Virus record (IMG/VR): IMGVR_UViG_3300046715_000123
Span: 432 to 64,431 of that record
DNA: 64,000 bases
Source of the DNA: a virus
Lineage: Duplodnaviria; Caudoviricetes
Reading direction: 5' to 3' (one strand)
Of this stretch, positions 19,101 to 27,325 are shown in pieces; the first letter of the stretch is position 1, and each line of letters starts with the position of its first letter. The notes beneath the pieces are model-generated. The model ran no database searches and was not told the origin of the DNA. It saw nothing but the letters and a program-made list of their open reading frames with translations. Made by a program: the position numbers and the translations under genes.

Positions 19101-20450
19101 GTACGTGTCGGTGCCCTTGACGCCCGCCTTGTTCGCGGCGGTCGTCTCCGACTTCAGGCGCTTCGTCTCGGTGGTCTGCTCCTTGAGCCGCTGCACGGCC
19201 TGGTCGTAGGCCAGCAAGGCTTTCTGCTTGTCCAGCTCGGTCGCGTTCGCGTTCCGCAGGACGGCGTTCCGCTGAGCGGTCGCCTCCTTCAGTTGGATCT
19301 CCGCATCCCGCTGCGACAAGACCGAGTCGGCGAGCTGGTTGTTGAGATCCTCAAGCTCCTGCGCGGCCTGCTGACGTGCGGCGGTCAGATCCTCCTGGGC
19401 CTTCTTCGCCGACACCTGAGCGGCTGCAAGAGACTTCTCCGCGTCCTGCACCTGCCGGGCCGCCTGCTGGTTCCGCTGGGCTGCCTGCACGATCGCGTCC
19501 GCCGCGGCCTGCTTCGCCTGCTTCACCTGCTGCTGAGCCTGAGCGATCTGCCGGGCGCCGTTACGCTCCGCCGTCGCCAAAGCCTGCTGGGCACCGGCCA
19601 TCTGCAGTGCTTTCGACGCACCCTGCGACGACGCCTGACTGCCCTTGATCGTCTCCGTCGTGGCCGCCTGCTGCGCAGCCTTCTGCGCCTGCAGCACAGT
19701 GCCGATCTGCTTGAACGCCGGAATCGCCACCAGCGCAATCCCGCCGATACCCGCACCCGCGGCCGTAGCAGCAGCAGCAATCGCCCCGAGTCCAGCCGCG
19801 ACGACGGGCAGCACCGGCAGGATTGCCGGCCCGAACGTGAGCGCCGTCGCGACCAGCAGCTGCATGCCAGAGACCGACTTGGACGTGTCGATGTCCACTT
19901 TCTTGCCGTCGACGGCGTCAACCTCGGCCCGCAACGCAGCCAACTGCGCCAACGCTGCGGCCGTGTCAGCTCGGACCTGGACGTTCGGGTGCTCGGCACC
20001 CAGACGACGCAGACGCGCCTCAATGTCCGTGATCTCCGCCAGCGCGACCCCGGCGTCAACGTCGATACCGATCCGCTTGTTCGACAGGGTTTCCAGACGA
20101 GCCCGCAGACGGGCCATGTCCGCGTCGAAGCCCGTCGACGACAGACGAACGTCAGCACGCGGCAGCGACTTGAACGCGGCCTCCAGGCGGGCCTTCAACG
20201 AGCGGGAGAACGCGCCCGCCGTCTCATCGCCCTGCCGCGCCGCGGCCGGCCGTGCCGCCCGGCCGCCCGCGTTGATGCCGTCACGGATCGCCGGGGTGAT
20301 GTGCGTGACGATCTGGCGGCCGATGATTCGCCCGACCTCGTCACCGATCTGCCCCGCGGGTGGTACGAGCGCCTGCTGGAGACGCCCGTAGATGCCCCGC
20401 GTGTTGGGTACGACGTCGACCTCGACGGAACCGATGCTGATCGCGGCCAA
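16116..20450 (-). CDS. Tape measure protein with C-terminal NlpC/P60-like peptidase
   Basis: 1444 aa, Ala/Gln coiled coil, Trp-periodic repeats, PYQWGGNGNPSWDCSG...GHT. Confidence 0.92.
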   Translation of the reverse strand: MAAISIGSVEVDVVPNTRGIYGRLQQALVPPAGQIGDEVGRIIGRQIVTHITPAIRDGINAGGRAARPAAARQGDETAGAFSRSLKARLEAAFKSLPRADVRLSSTGFDADMARLRARLETLSNKRIGIDVDAGVALAEITDIEARLRRLGAEHPNVQVRADTAAALAQLAALRAEVDAVDGKKVDIDTSKSVSGMQLLVATALTFGPAILPVLPVVAAGLGAIAAAATAAGAGIGGIALVAIPAFKQIGTVLQAQKAAQQAATTETIKGSQASSQGASKALQMAGAQQALATAERNGARQIAQAQQQVKQAKQAAADAIVQAAQRNQQAARQVQDAEKSLAAAQVSAKKAQEDLTAARQQAAQELEDLNNQLADSVLSQRDAEIQLKEATAQRNAVLRNANATELDKQKALLAYDQAVQRLKEQTTETKRLKSETTAANKAGVKGTDTYKSAQDRLMQAQQNVATQQQAVKDAQAEAARTQVETARQVAEAQQRVSEATANVAVAQQNAADSVASAQRQIESASLSAASGMDQAAVAQAKYQAELAKLTPSARDTFNAFLNLRTAFSAWAKSLQPAVMPIFTRALVSLRNTLPTLTPFVKGAADAIKGLQDRASASVKTPFWQGFKKDLQGSVKPAITGLGISFGNVLKGMAGIIDAFLPHMDGISSRLQRITKRFANWGANLKGSPEFERFLSYASDKGPLLADTLGKIGRGLLNVGEALSPLSGPLLKLLGGLAEAIGIIADKAPWFILLIYGIIVATKLWTIAQWAFNAAAAANPYVLIGLAILALIALVIYAYNKFGWFRTAVQAAWDGIKTAALFVWNNVLKPVFTFIWQALQTVGRWALWLWNNAIKPAWDAISLAARILLTAIVVAVILPIIVAVKLLGKFAMWLWTNAFKPAFQKIGSLAAWLWKNAIKPAWDGVVLGAKFMWNNVLKPIFRFFWEGLKTVGGWAKWLYEKAIKPAWDKISSAIGTVYRVGIKPIFDGWKRIIKGLGGVFSDAVGAIKTQWDKIKNVARKPVQFIVDTVYNNGIVGVWNKVAGAFGAPKLSKFTFASGGIMPGYTPGRDVHKFISPTGGALELSGGEAIMRPEFTRAVGSGFVGSMNALARSRGANGVKAALAPVFGGNPMTPTDHTLRYKDGGIFGWIGGAANKLAGVGSAAWNGIKKSASWLTDTLEASARAGVKYVVDPILKNFPGMDTGFGSLVRHIPTKILDALFGYSKDADKKGAGGIGGPKIQAALKWAKTQNGKPYQWGGNGNPSWDCSGFMSAIESVIRGQKPHRRWATGAFSGKTAPPGWVYHGNSPFRIGITNAGVGHTAGTLGKTKVESRGGDGVIVGSRARGYNDKLFRSWYGFEPGKYDSGGYLQPGLNLAYNGTGRPEPVFTTSQANALTTLAGRGQSGPMSFEGDLRLDSGEFLGRVRGEATAVMQAGQQELISVLNAG

Positions 20451-20471
20451 GGAGTCACCCCCTCCGTGGCG

Positions 20472-20933
20472 CTACGCGGCACCACCGTTGATCAGTTGGA
20501 AGAGCGTCTGTGCGCCTTCGTCGGTGAGCTTCGGCTTCGGCCGTACAGGCTTTGCGCCAGGGCGGCGAGTCGGCTCTGGAACGTCCGGCCGCTTGGCTTT
20601 CTTGTCGGTGTTGGCGCAGATCAGCACGTACTCGACACGACGGATCGCATCGAGTACGGATGCCAGGAGCTGCTCCTCCTGCGACCAACGCCCCTGTTCG
20701 GGCTCGCCCTGCTCCGCCTGCTCCGCCAGTTCGTCTTCCGGCATGGCGTTGCGGAGCGCCGTCCATGTGGCGGATTCGGGTGGTAGGTGCTGAATCAACA
20801 CCCGCAGCCGCCGCCACGTCATGGTGCCCCGGTGCACGTCCAGCAGGTCGACCCCGTGGTAGTAGCGCAGCAGGTCAGCTTCTACCGCCTCCGCGTGCGC
20901 CTCGACGACGGAGCGGGTCCATTGGATTTCCCC
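20472..20933 (-). CDS. Tail assembly chaperone, -1 frameshift extension (G-T type)
   Basis: -1 frame open from GGGGAAA (20927-20933): GEIQWTRSVVEAHAEAVEADLLRYYHGVDLLDVHRGTMTWRRL. Confidence 0.8.
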   Translation of the reverse strand, partial: GEIQWTRSVVEAHAEAVEADLLRYYHGVDLLDVHRGTMTWRRLRVLIQHLPPESATWTALRNAMPEDELAEQAEQGEPEQGRWSQEEQLLASVLDAIRRVEYVLICANTDKKAKRPDVPEPTRRPGAKPVRPKPKLTDEGAQTLFQLINGGAA

Positions 20934-21274
20934 AGGCTCTCACCGCTGCGAGTAGCTGCGTCCTGGGTGAACTCGAGGAACTCCACGATCGTGGGGTCGA
21001 GTTCGAGGTACAGCTCGTAGTCGTCAGGGTGGAAGATCTTCTGCGCGAACCCGTCGAGGTCGCCCTGGTTGAGCATGCGCTGCCACGACGATCGCCACGC
21101 CGACGGCGGAATGATCTGCACTTCCTCGTCGCACAGCGTCGCGGTCATGTAGTGGCCCTCCGCCTCAGCCTCCTGTGCTTCGGCCTCGGTGACCTCCTCG
21201 GGCTCCTCGACGCGGGCGCGTGACTGTGCACGCGGAGCGGACTTGCGGGCGGTGGTACGTGGATTGGTAGCCAC
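20882..21274 (-). CDS. Tail assembly chaperone
   Basis: Between major tail and tape measure; ends ...SLGK at slippery site. Confidence 0.82.
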   Translation of the reverse strand: MATNPRTTARKSAPRAQSRARVEEPEEVTEAEAQEAEAEGHYMTATLCDEEVQIIPPSAWRSSWQRMLNQGDLDGFAQKIFHPDDYELYLELDPTIVEFLEFTQDAATRSGESLGKSNGPAPSSRRTRRR

Positions 21275-21367
21275 GGCGCGGGCCTCCTTAGATCAACGGC
21301 GCGGGCAGAAAGGAAAGGTGGACGGGCCGGGCCCGCGCCGGCTGGCTATCTCGGCCCGTCCACCAGC

Positions 21368-21958
21368 TCAGGAACCCGTCGAGGTCGGCGTCGCCGGGAT
21401 CTTGTCGGTGTGGTACACGGTGTTGCCCGCGCCGTCCGGGTACGCGGTCACGGTGATCTCGTAGCCGCTCATCTCGTCCTGCTTGAACGTGACGTCGGAG
21501 CGGTCGGAGACCTCGCCGCTGGGGACGTAGAAGCCTCGGGCGTTCTCGCCGTCGAGGACGACGAACCACCAGGAGCGGCGGTCCGGCGTCGGCGACGCGG
21601 TCTCAGCGAACGAGGTGAGACCGCTGGTGCTGTCCGGGGAGAGGTCCCCGGCGGGAATCCGGTACATGACGGACTGCACGGCGACGCGGGCGGTCTCCCA
21701 CAGCGTCACCTTGAACGTGCGGATGCTCTTCGTAATCTGCGTGCGGAACGGCGAGGTCAGGCCCCAGGGGGTGAACTCCTGGGAGTCCTCGTCGAAGCCG
21801 TACACGAGACCGTCGTCGGAGATGGCGCCAAGCGGCTCCCACGGGGAGATGGGCTGGACGAGCGGGGAGGTGGGCGCGGTCGCGCCGAGGTCCGCCACCC
21901 AGCCGCCGCCGTTGGCGCCGATGATGGTGAGGTCCGCCGCGCGGGTGATGTTGACCAT
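21368..21958 (-). CDS. Major tail (tube) protein
   Basis: LGAISDDGL...FTPWG...YEITVTAYPD. Confidence 0.88.
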   Translation of the reverse strand: MVNITRAADLTIIGANGGGWVADLGATAPTSPLVQPISPWEPLGAISDDGLVYGFDEDSQEFTPWGLTSPFRTQITKSIRTFKVTLWETARVAVQSVMYRIPAGDLSPDSTSGLTSFAETASPTPDRRSWWFVVLDGENARGFYVPSGEVSDRSDVTFKQDEMSGYEITVTAYPDGAGNTVYHTDKIPATPTSTGS

Positions 21959-22034
21959 GGAAAGGGTCTCCAGACATGCGAGAACCCCGCACGGCGGCGG
22001 GGTGGGGTGGAGGGTCCGGCGCGGGCCCAGCCGG

Positions 22035-22433
22035 TCAGGAGACCGGGTGACAGTAGATCTCGTAGGTCGCCCCGACACGGCGGAGCGCGGTGTTCTCGTA
22101 GGGGCGGACAGCCGGCCGGGAGATGGTGCCTGTCCGACCGAACACGGCATGCTCGGTGACGCTGCCGCGCAGTTGTGTGAGGACCCATCCGCGGATGCTT
22201 GCCGCGAGTGCGATCGCATCGGCTCGGGTGGAGTGGTAGACGTCGATGTCGACGAACGGCCGGTCAAGCCGGAACCCGTCGTCTCCGCCGCCCGCCACCT
22301 GCACTTGCACGGTGGGCAACTCGTTGGCCAGGTTGTTGTCGAGCTCGTCGCGGACCACGACGTCCTCGCCGAGGGCGGCTCTGAGGGCGACCATGACGGC
22401 CAGTTCGACGTCTACAGACCCGACGTCAGCCAT
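22035..22433 (-). CDS. Tail terminator protein
   Basis: Synteny; GGGDDGFRLDRPFVDIDVY. Confidence 0.75.
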   Translation of the reverse strand: MADVGSVDVELAVMVALRAALGEDVVVRDELDNNLANELPTVQVQVAGGGDDGFRLDRPFVDIDVYHSTRADAIALAASIRGWVLTQLRGSVTEHAVFGRTGTISRPAVRPYENTALRRVGATYEIYCHPVS

Positions 22434-22758
22434 GGGCGCCGCCCGCCTGAGCCGCCCGCAGAAGCACGTGATGCGCAGGCACCCGCTCGGTGCCGTACTC
22501 CACCCAGCGCGCGTAGTAGGCCTCGTTGCGGACCGTGGCGACAGCGCGGTCGCGGCGTCGGCCGCCCCGCAGCGTGCTGTCCACCTTCCAGCTCTCCTTG
22601 TAATGGCCCGGGTGCGGGTCACCGGCACCGCCGACCGGCGACAGGGCCACCGCAGCGGCCCGGATCGCGTCGGCGCGGCGCACAAGGTCCGCCCGAACCA
22701 TCTCTGACCGAAGCAGTTGGCCCACGCCTCTCCGGTTCATCTTGAAGCGTGCTGCCAT
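22426..22758 (-). CDS. HK97 gp10-like neck protein
   Basis: YARWVEYGT...HHVLLRAA. Confidence 0.8.
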   Translation of the reverse strand: MAARFKMNRRGVGQLLRSEMVRADLVRRADAIRAAAVALSPVGGAGDPHPGHYKESWKVDSTLRGGRRRDRAVATVRNEAYYARWVEYGTERVPAHHVLLRAAQAGGAHG

Positions 22759-22791
22759 ACCCTCAACTCCTCACACACCAGAGGGGTCAAC

Positions 22792-23112
22792 GTGGAAGTC
22801 AAAGGCGTGCTCGGCAGCATCAGCTTCGACGGCGAATGGATCACCATCACGAAGACGCCCGTAGGGCAACGCCCGGCGCCCGTGCGGATACGCGCGGCGG
22901 ACATCACGGGCACCCGCTTCAAGTCGGCTTCCCGGCTCTTCCACGGCTACGTGCAGTTCGTGCTGCCTGGCAGCGAAGCCGCGGGCGAGAAGTCCGGCCT
23001 GATGAGCGGTGGTCGGCCGCCGTACAGCGACCCGAACAGTCTGTCGATCCCGCGCAAGAGCAACGACGCCGCCGAGAAGCTGGTCGCAGCCGTCGAGCAG
23101 GCCCGCGGCTAA
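22792..23112 (+). CDS. DUF4429-like (PH-like) protein, antisense moron
   Basis: GSISFDGEWITIT...GYVQF...DPNSL; GAGGGG RBS; opposite strand to structural operon. Confidence 0.7.
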   Translation: MEVKGVLGSISFDGEWITITKTPVGQRPAPVRIRAADITGTRFKSASRLFHGYVQFVLPGSEAAGEKSGLMSGGRPPYSDPNSLSIPRKSNDAAEKLVAAVEQARG

Positions 23113-23471
23113 CCGGTCACCCGGTCCGCAGCGAACTGCACCGGGCCGTGGGTTCCGGTGAATGGGGAGCGACCCCAGTCGCCGGGCTCGCCTGTGATCT
23201 CACAGACGACGCCACGGATCCGGGCCTTGTCCGTGGTGCGCAGCTTCGTCCCCGCTGGGGCGTAGACGGTCCAGCCGACGATGACGGTGTCACGGCCCTG
23301 CTGCTCCGCCCCGCCCACCGGGGGTGTCTCGGCCCGCGGGGTGACCACGCACCCGTGCACGTCGAACGACTCGTCCGGGCCGGGCAGCGGCTGCCCGCGA
23401 GGGTCTCGGCCGGGCGAGGCTCCGGTGCGCAGGATCCGCACCGTCTCCCCGAACGGATACGGGGCAGGCAT
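23109..23471 (-). CDS. Head-to-tail stopper
   Basis: Synteny; TVYAP...GEPGDW.SPFTG. Confidence 0.78.
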   Translation of the reverse strand: MPAPYPFGETVRILRTGASPGRDPRGQPLPGPDESFDVHGCVVTPRAETPPVGGAEQQGRDTVIVGWTVYAPAGTKLRTTDKARIRGVVCEITGEPGDWGRSPFTGTHGPVQFAADRVTG

Positions 23472-23888
23472 CTACACCCACCCCCAGCCCGGCTCGTACT
23501 CCAGCCCGGGCCCGTAGGTGTCGTCGATCGGATACGTCGGCGACACATCCGCCGTCGCCGGAGTCGGATCCACGGTGAACGCGCCACCGCGCCCGGCAAG
23601 AGACTTGAGGGCGCTCTTGTCGGCCTTCGTCAGATATAGGCCGCCAGAACCCTGAGGGCGCTGCACCGACATCGGGCCGATCGTCTCGTAGGACACCTGC
23701 TGCGGGTTGACATAGGCCCGGCCTGCAACGGACAGCACGACAGCGTCCGCACCTTCCGGTAGCGGCTTGACGACCGTCTGGCACAGCGAGACGGCCTTGC
23801 CGATGAGGAGGTCGGCGCGGGCGCCGTTGATCTCGTCAAGGCCGAGGAAGAGCCCCAGCTCCTCGGCAGTCGGAGCGGTGAACGCCAC
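23472..23888 (-). CDS. Head-to-tail adaptor
   Basis: RAYVNP...ETIGPMS...GLYLT. Confidence 0.78.
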   Translation of the reverse strand: MAFTAPTAEELGLFLGLDEINGARADLLIGKAVSLCQTVVKPLPEGADAVVLSVAGRAYVNPQQVSYETIGPMSVQRPQGSGGLYLTKADKSALKSLAGRGGAFTVDPTPATADVSPTYPIDDTYGPGLEYEPGWGWV

Positions 23889-23897
23889 TGTGACCTC

Positions 23898-24932
23898 CTA
23901 TCGGGCCAGGCCTTCCACGGCATCGCACCAGGTGGCGAGCTCTACGGTCGGATCGAGCTCCGCAGACCGGGCCTTGGCCCGTTTCGAGGCCAGCCGGTAC
24001 TCGGCAGTCGTCGTCAGCTTCCGCAGGACCGCCTCGTGGCCGTCGAGGTCGTTCCGGTCGACGAAGATGCCGGCCTCCCCCAGCGACTCGCACAACCCTG
24101 GAGTGGGGTGGGCGATGACCGGGATTCCGCTGGCGAGCGCCTCGGCGCCGGCCCGGCCCCACGACTCGTAGGACGACGGCATCAGCAGCACCTTCGTGCG
24201 GCCGTACACCTTCTCCCGCATGTCCTGGCCGTCCAGGTGTTCGACGACCTCGACGTTCGGCAGGTCCGGAAGAACCTGCTCCCCGTAGGCGCCGCGCACC
24301 GCGAGGAACTGCTGGTCCGGCATCCTGAGGGCCAGTGCCTCCAGCATGTTTCCGCCCTTCTCCGGGCAGCAGTTGATGAGCGTGACCGCCTTGCCGGGCT
24401 TCGTCGCGTAGTCCGCAGCGAACACCGGAGGCCGCACCACCAGCTCGGCGGCCGGCCGGACAGACTTCGGGTACTCGGCGAAGAAGAGCTCAGCCTCCGC
24501 CTGCATCCACTGGCTGTTGTAGACCGCGAGCGCTGTGCCCCCGGCGGCCATATCTCGGAACGTTGGCCGATGCGTGTTGTGGCAGATGACTGCCATCGGC
24601 TTGCTGTAGCCGCGGGCCAGGGCCGACGTCGACGGCACGCACTCCAGATGCGACACCAGAACGTCGGCCTTACGGACCGCGGTGGGGAAGTCGAGGCGGG
24701 ACTCCAGCGGAACGACCTTGATGCCGCGGTAGTCGTAAGGCTCGTTGGTCTTGCCGTACCGGGACAGCCATACCTGCACGTCGTGCCCGCGTTCCACCAA
24801 CGGCCGCAGCATGGAGACGAGCATGTGCTCGGCACCGGCGTTGTGCTGCGGAGGCATGAGGTGCACGCGGACCACGATCGACAGTGGCTTGGCTGTCCCG
24901 CCCGGCGCGGAAGCCGGGACAGCCCCCGCCAT
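23898..24932 (-). CDS. Glycosyltransferase, GT4/GT-B family
   Basis: GAEHML...GHDVQV and ESWGRAGAEALASGIPVIA (EX7E); start overlaps capsid stop (TGATG). Confidence 0.9.
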   Translation of the reverse strand: MAGAVPASAPGGTAKPLSIVVRVHLMPPQHNAGAEHMLVSMLRPLVERGHDVQVWLSRYGKTNEPYDYRGIKVVPLESRLDFPTAVRKADVLVSHLECVPSTSALARGYSKPMAVICHNTHRPTFRDMAAGGTALAVYNSQWMQAEAELFFAEYPKSVRPAAELVVRPPVFAADYATKPGKAVTLINCCPEKGGNMLEALALRMPDQQFLAVRGAYGEQVLPDLPNVEVVEHLDGQDMREKVYGRTKVLLMPSSYESWGRAGAEALASGIPVIAHPTPGLCESLGEAGIFVDRNDLDGHEAVLRKLTTTAEYRLASKRAKARSAELDPTVELATWCDAVEGLAR

Positions 24933-25888
24933 CAGGTACCGCTCGGGGTGCCGGTGAACTTCACGAACGCCTCGGCGTCGCCGAGGACGAACCCGTAGTA
25001 CGCCTCCGCGAGGAGGAGCACCAGGTTCTCCTGGAACGCGGAGTGAACGCCGCCGTCCTCGTCGATGTAGGTCGCCTCGCGGGAGATCTTCACCGAGATT
25101 TCCATGCCGACGCCGTAGGCGGTCTGGGACCAGTCGCCGCCAACCGCCCGTAGCCCGGAGTCGACCGTGCCGGACTGGCGACGCAGCTTCCCGGAGACAG
25201 ATCGCGAGTAGGCGATCGGCTCGCCGACCAGCGTGCCCGCCAGAGCCGCACCAGTACCCGGCTGGGTCGTGTCGACCAGGATCGGCCGGCCCGTGGTGTC
25301 CGTGGCGCCGAGGAGCTTGGTCTTCAGGCGGTGGTCGGCGACGGTGCCGGTGTAGTCCCAGTCGTCATCGACGATGTCGCCCATGCCCTTGACGAAGTCG
25401 CCCCAGATGCCGCCGTTGGCCTGTGTGGTCGTGCCGAGCGACACGGCCTTGGTGGTCTGGGTCAGGTAGTCCGTGAAGGGGCCGGTGGCGCCCTTCATGG
25501 TCTTGCCGTGGATGGTCGCCCGGTCGAAGGCGCGGGAAAACGCGGTCGGCAGATCACTCTGCAGCTGCGTCCACAGGCCGGCAGCGTTGGACTGCACGAC
25601 CTCCATCGCGACCGGAATGAGGACGGCGATCTTCTTGCCGGTCATCATCTTGATGCCCATGCCGCCCGTGCTCAGCGGCTTACGGCCGGCCTGCTCGACC
25701 CAGTCCGCCGTGGGCACGTCCAGCGGGACGGGCACGGCGGTGTTCGCGGACATCGACAGCGGCACCCGGCGAGCCAGCGACATGACCGCGGACTGCTCGA
25801 CGGACTTCTCGAAGACGGGACCGGTCAGGGTCGGGGGAAGGAACGTCGCATTGACGTCGCTCAGCTTGATGGGATTCGTGTGAGCCAT
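24932..25888 (-). CDS. Major capsid protein (HK97 fold)
   Basis: ADWVEQAGRKP...KKIAVLIPV...FQENLVLLLAEAYYGF. Confidence 0.92.
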   Translation of the reverse strand: MAHTNPIKLSDVNATFLPPTLTGPVFEKSVEQSAVMSLARRVPLSMSANTAVPVPLDVPTADWVEQAGRKPLSTGGMGIKMMTGKKIAVLIPVAMEVVQSNAAGLWTQLQSDLPTAFSRAFDRATIHGKTMKGATGPFTDYLTQTTKAVSLGTTTQANGGIWGDFVKGMGDIVDDDWDYTGTVADHRLKTKLLGATDTTGRPILVDTTQPGTGAALAGTLVGEPIAYSRSVSGKLRRQSGTVDSGLRAVGGDWSQTAYGVGMEISVKISREATYIDEDGGVHSAFQENLVLLLAEAYYGFVLGDAEAFVKFTGTPSGT

Positions 25889-25901
25889 GGAGGGCTTCCT
25901 C

Positions 25902-26489
25902 TCAGCGGCCCTTCAGGGCCTGGTCCATGAGTCCGGCGAAGATCTCGCCGGGGTCGGAGGTTGATCTGTTGCCATTGCCCGAGGAGCCCTGCGTGCGGTC
26001 CGGAGCCGGACGCCGCGGGGAGTTGTCGTCCGGGCGAGCCCAGTGCGGCTTGCGCTTGAGCAGGTCGTCGAGATCCCGCTTGATGGCGTCGGTGTCGATG
26101 ACGCCGTCCTCATCGACGTAGGCGGTGAGGACCAGGGCGCCGGCGGCGTCCTCCGGGTCCGCGAAGTCCTTCGACGCCAGCGCCTCGACCTTCGACGAGA
26201 CCGCCGCCCGCACGGCCTTCGCGGCACGTTCCTGCGCGGCTGTGAGCTGGTCGTTGAGGCGTTCCTGCTCGGACTTCTGCGCGTCCTCAAGCTCCTGCGC
26301 CTTCTTGGCGAGGGGCTCCAGCTCCTTCAGGCGCTTTCGGAGGTTCTCGTTCTCCGAGTTCTTCTTACTGAGCGCCTTCTTGGCTCGTGCAGCGTCGAAC
26401 GGCTCCTCTTCGGTGCCCTCCGCCTCCGGGGCGGTCTCGGGCTCCTGCGGCTCCGTCTCGACCTGCTCGGTCTCCTCGTTCTCGGGCAT
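25902..26489 (-). CDS. Capsid scaffolding protein
   Basis: Acidic N-terminus, coiled coil, directly before capsid gene. Confidence 0.8.
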   Translation of the reverse strand: MPENEETEQVETEPQEPETAPEAEGTEEEPFDAARAKKALSKKNSENENLRKRLKELEPLAKKAQELEDAQKSEQERLNDQLTAAQERAAKAVRAAVSSKVEALASKDFADPEDAAGALVLTAYVDEDGVIDTDAIKRDLDDLLKRKPHWARPDDNSPRRPAPDRTQGSSGNGNRSTSDPGEIFAGLMDQALKGR

Positions 26490-26545
26490 GGTGAAGTGGC
26501 CCTCCAGGGGCAGAAATGGCCGCCTCCAGGGCAGCCAGGGTTTGG

Positions 26546-27325
26546 TCAGTTCGAGCCCGGCAGCGGATTGCTGTCGTGCTCGGCGAGCGCCCGCCTGAAC
26601 AAGCGAAGCTGATCGCCAGAGTGGCCCTGCGCGAACTCGCGGTAGATGCGCTCCCACTCACGTGCATGCGAAGACAGCTCGAACCGCTGCCCCTTGAACA
26701 CCGGGATCACGCCGCAATGACAGCCGTCGTGCGCCCGGAAATCCGCCGTGTCCTGCTTGTACACCGCCCCGCGGGCCGCGAGCAGCTTGCAGAATGCGCA
26801 CGCCCCCCGCGCCGCTGAGCGCGCCCACGCGGTGGCCTGCTTGTCCTGCCGCACCGCCTCCTGGACAGTGCCACGGCCCGTGTCGGTGACCAATTTCTGC
26901 GCCACCTGCTCGGCCTTCGTCTCCGCCTGCGCCAGCCGCACTTCCAGCGCCTGGCGCTGCGCTTCCGTCGTCGCCGGATCCTCCGGATCCCGCGGCCACA
27001 AGTCCTTCGTCGCCCACCGCAACGACGCCTCCGTCTGCTCCGACGGGGGCGGATCCGTGACCGGCACCGTGAACACGCCGGTCACGCCAGCCGCCTCGCG
27101 CTGCGCGTCGTAGAAGTCCGCCGCCAAGGATGCCGACGTGCGCGCGTACTGGTCGACGACCGCGTTCATCGCCGCCAGCCAATCCGGCACCGACTCCCGC
27201 AACCGCTGCGGCAGGATCAACCGGCGAAGACCGCGCACATCCCGCACCAGCAGCCGCGTGAGGCCAATCTGCGCGGCCCGATACCGGCTGGCGGCATCGC
27301 CGCTATCCGAGACCGTTGCCGCCAC
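26546..27325 (-). CDS. Capsid maturation/MuF-like minor head protein
   Basis: ACAFCKLLAARGAVY...AHDGCHC. Confidence 0.78.
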   Translation of the reverse strand: MAATVSDSGDAASRYRAAQIGLTRLLVRDVRGLRRLILPQRLRESVPDWLAAMNAVVDQYARTSASLAADFYDAQREAAGVTGVFTVPVTDPPPSEQTEASLRWATKDLWPRDPEDPATTEAQRQALEVRLAQAETKAEQVAQKLVTDTGRGTVQEAVRQDKQATAWARSAARGACAFCKLLAARGAVYKQDTADFRAHDGCHCGVIPVFKGQRFELSSHAREWERIYREFAQGHSGDQLRLFRRALAEHDSNPLPGSN

